Position numbers and translations under genes: made by a program. A DNA stretch of 61,991 nucleotides, the filler included, from Basidiobolus ranarum (Eukaryota), in NCBI GenBank assembly GCA_040143965.1. It is 26 parts of 26 records of this genome, joined end to end, with 100 filler letters (N's around TTAATTAATTAA, not from the genome) between each part and the next. Parts side by side here need not be neighbours in the genome. Positions count along the whole stretch, not along the records: positions 59,712 to 61,991 come from JASJQH010010411.1; 25 more parts are not named here. One strand, written 5' to 3'. Every line of letters starts with the position of its first letter. Within the stretch, counting starts at the first letter, position 1. Shown here in pieces: positions 60,382 to 61,991 of this stretch. A model generated the notes under the pieces. That model had not been told where the DNA came from and did no database searches. It was given only the letters and a program-made list of their open reading frames with translations.

Positions 60382-61991
60382 CCCTAACAGAAATATAAGG
60401 ATTGTTATCATAGGAAAACCATCACAATTTTAATCCATTTTAAATTGACTATTCACTGACTTTCATAAAATCATCAAGTTAGATTTATATTTATTCAATT
60501 TTTTCAGTTTCAGGAGTAAAATTTCAAGATCTTGCAAGATAGTTGCACATGAATGGCTACAATCTCAGAGAACCATGGATCAAACATGTGCACAAAATAT
60601 AATTCAAATTTTAAACATTTACCACTTGAACACTATTTTGCCACCTTAAAAACCCCTAGTTTCTTTGATATATTCTCCTGAATATTGTCAACAAGTACTT
60701 CATATCCAAGGTTTAGCTCATATCCAATGCAAGTTTATATCATTATCTCCATCAAAGCCCACCATTGTATAAATGTTGCTCAATCAACATTTTTCTGTTG
60801 AAATTAGCATTGCCTAAACACCTATATAGTCATATATAGCTTAGTACTTAGTTATCTTATAATTCACTAAGATATTATCAATTATTTTTCAATTGGAATT
60901 TACTTAGAATATTGTTACCAACTTAGAAGTTCTCAGATATTTAGATTTTTCAAACTTGTGCTAGAAACCCCAAACATTGCACATATGTTCATGGGACCTT
61001 CCTTAACATATTCTACATGTTAGTTTGGTTACATCTTGACAAAACTGTAAATGTGAACTTTCGACTCAATAAATCAATAAGTGAAAACCACCAATTCCTC
61101 TAATTCTCCAAACCAATTCCAACAGGCTCCCAAATACTTTAACATCTTCCAGCTATCTGGCAAATACCCTACAATATTGTGTCACTCTGTATTAAGTTTT
61201 TCCCAGATATTAGCACAATCAACACCAGATTGAATGTCAAGTTAAATGTTCCTCTTTTGAAGCCATTTTCTGCATACTTGCAATGTGTTTTTCCCTTCAT
61301 ACTTTTGATAATACTCCTCAAGCACTGTTACTATTTTTATATGTCCATGTAGTGTGACTCTACTGCAGGAGCTTTACAGTGTTTGTGTAGCTTTTTGCTT
61401 GCCTTGAAATTTGGGGCTAATTTCAACACTACAAAAAGTACCAGTTGAGGTTGGAGAGCTGTGAGTTTTATCTGCTGGTATTTTGGCTGGTTGAGAGGTG
61501 CCAGGTATTGGATCAGCTTCCAAATTTAGCACTCTTGCAACTGGTGTACCTGGTTCCATGTTTAAATTAAGCTTTTTTACCAGTATATCTGACTGTGGAA
61601 ATACATATCATTGTAATGGTGTGAAGAATTTGGTAAGTGGGACAGTATGCCTAAGCTCACTGCCTCCTTTGCTTTTTGCTTGAATTTACTAACTTCCTGC
61701 TCCTTGAGTACTTCTTTAGCTGCTTTTCTTTCTTTTCCAAGTCAATTATGATGTACATTTTTGAGATATGTCATGAAGAGGCCTGTACTAGGCCATTTAC
61801 AATTTGCTTGCAAAAATCCAGGATAAGTCACATGAGATAAGCCCTAACAGAAATTTGAGGATTGTTATTGTAGGAAAACCGTCACAATTTTAATCCATTT
61901 GGGGTTGACCATTTACTTACCATCATAAAATTGTCAAGTTAGATTTGATTTTAATCAATTTTTTCAGTTTCAGGAGTGAAATTTCAAGATC
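60382..61991 (-). mobile_element. CACTA-like terminus + ORF2, with a second terminus inserted at 61842
   Basis: CCCTAACAGAAAT at 60382 and 61842. Confidence 0.88.
60796..61144 (+). mobile_element. Well-preserved 349-bp Copia solo LTR
   Basis: TGTTGAAATTAG...CTTTAACA with a TTTTC/TCTTC 5-bp TSD, inside CACTA ORF2. Confidence 0.92.

Overview
This window is not contiguous DNA. It is 26 short contigs (about 2.28-2.30 kb each, in decreasing length order) joined by an artificial 100-nt spacer (about 44 N + TTAATTAATTAA + about 44 N), so adjacency across spacers means nothing. The content is AT-rich and eukaryotic, most likely an early-diverging fungus (inference from CBM18/CBM19 proteins, a subtilisin, an MgtA-type ATPase and a fungal-type Fanzor1). 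Most contigs are nested, CpG-depleted, decayed transposons: a high-copy CACTA/EnSpm-like element with CCCTAAC termini and two divergent genes, Ty1/Copia elements with a 349-bp LTR, Ty3/Gypsy elements including a Tf1-like self-priming family, and a 182-bp MITE. A few CpG-retaining contigs carry host genes. The most interesting items are a Fanzor1 (TnpB-derived RNA-guided nuclease) pseudogene next to a truncated subtilisin at a telomere-like junction, an LTR-like insert carrying a full tRNA cloverleaf, an unidentified foreign ORF replacing the RT core of a Gypsy element, an 84-bp satellite, and an OHCU decarboxylase homolog lacking its catalytic His. All family calls come from motif recognition by eye; no searches were run.
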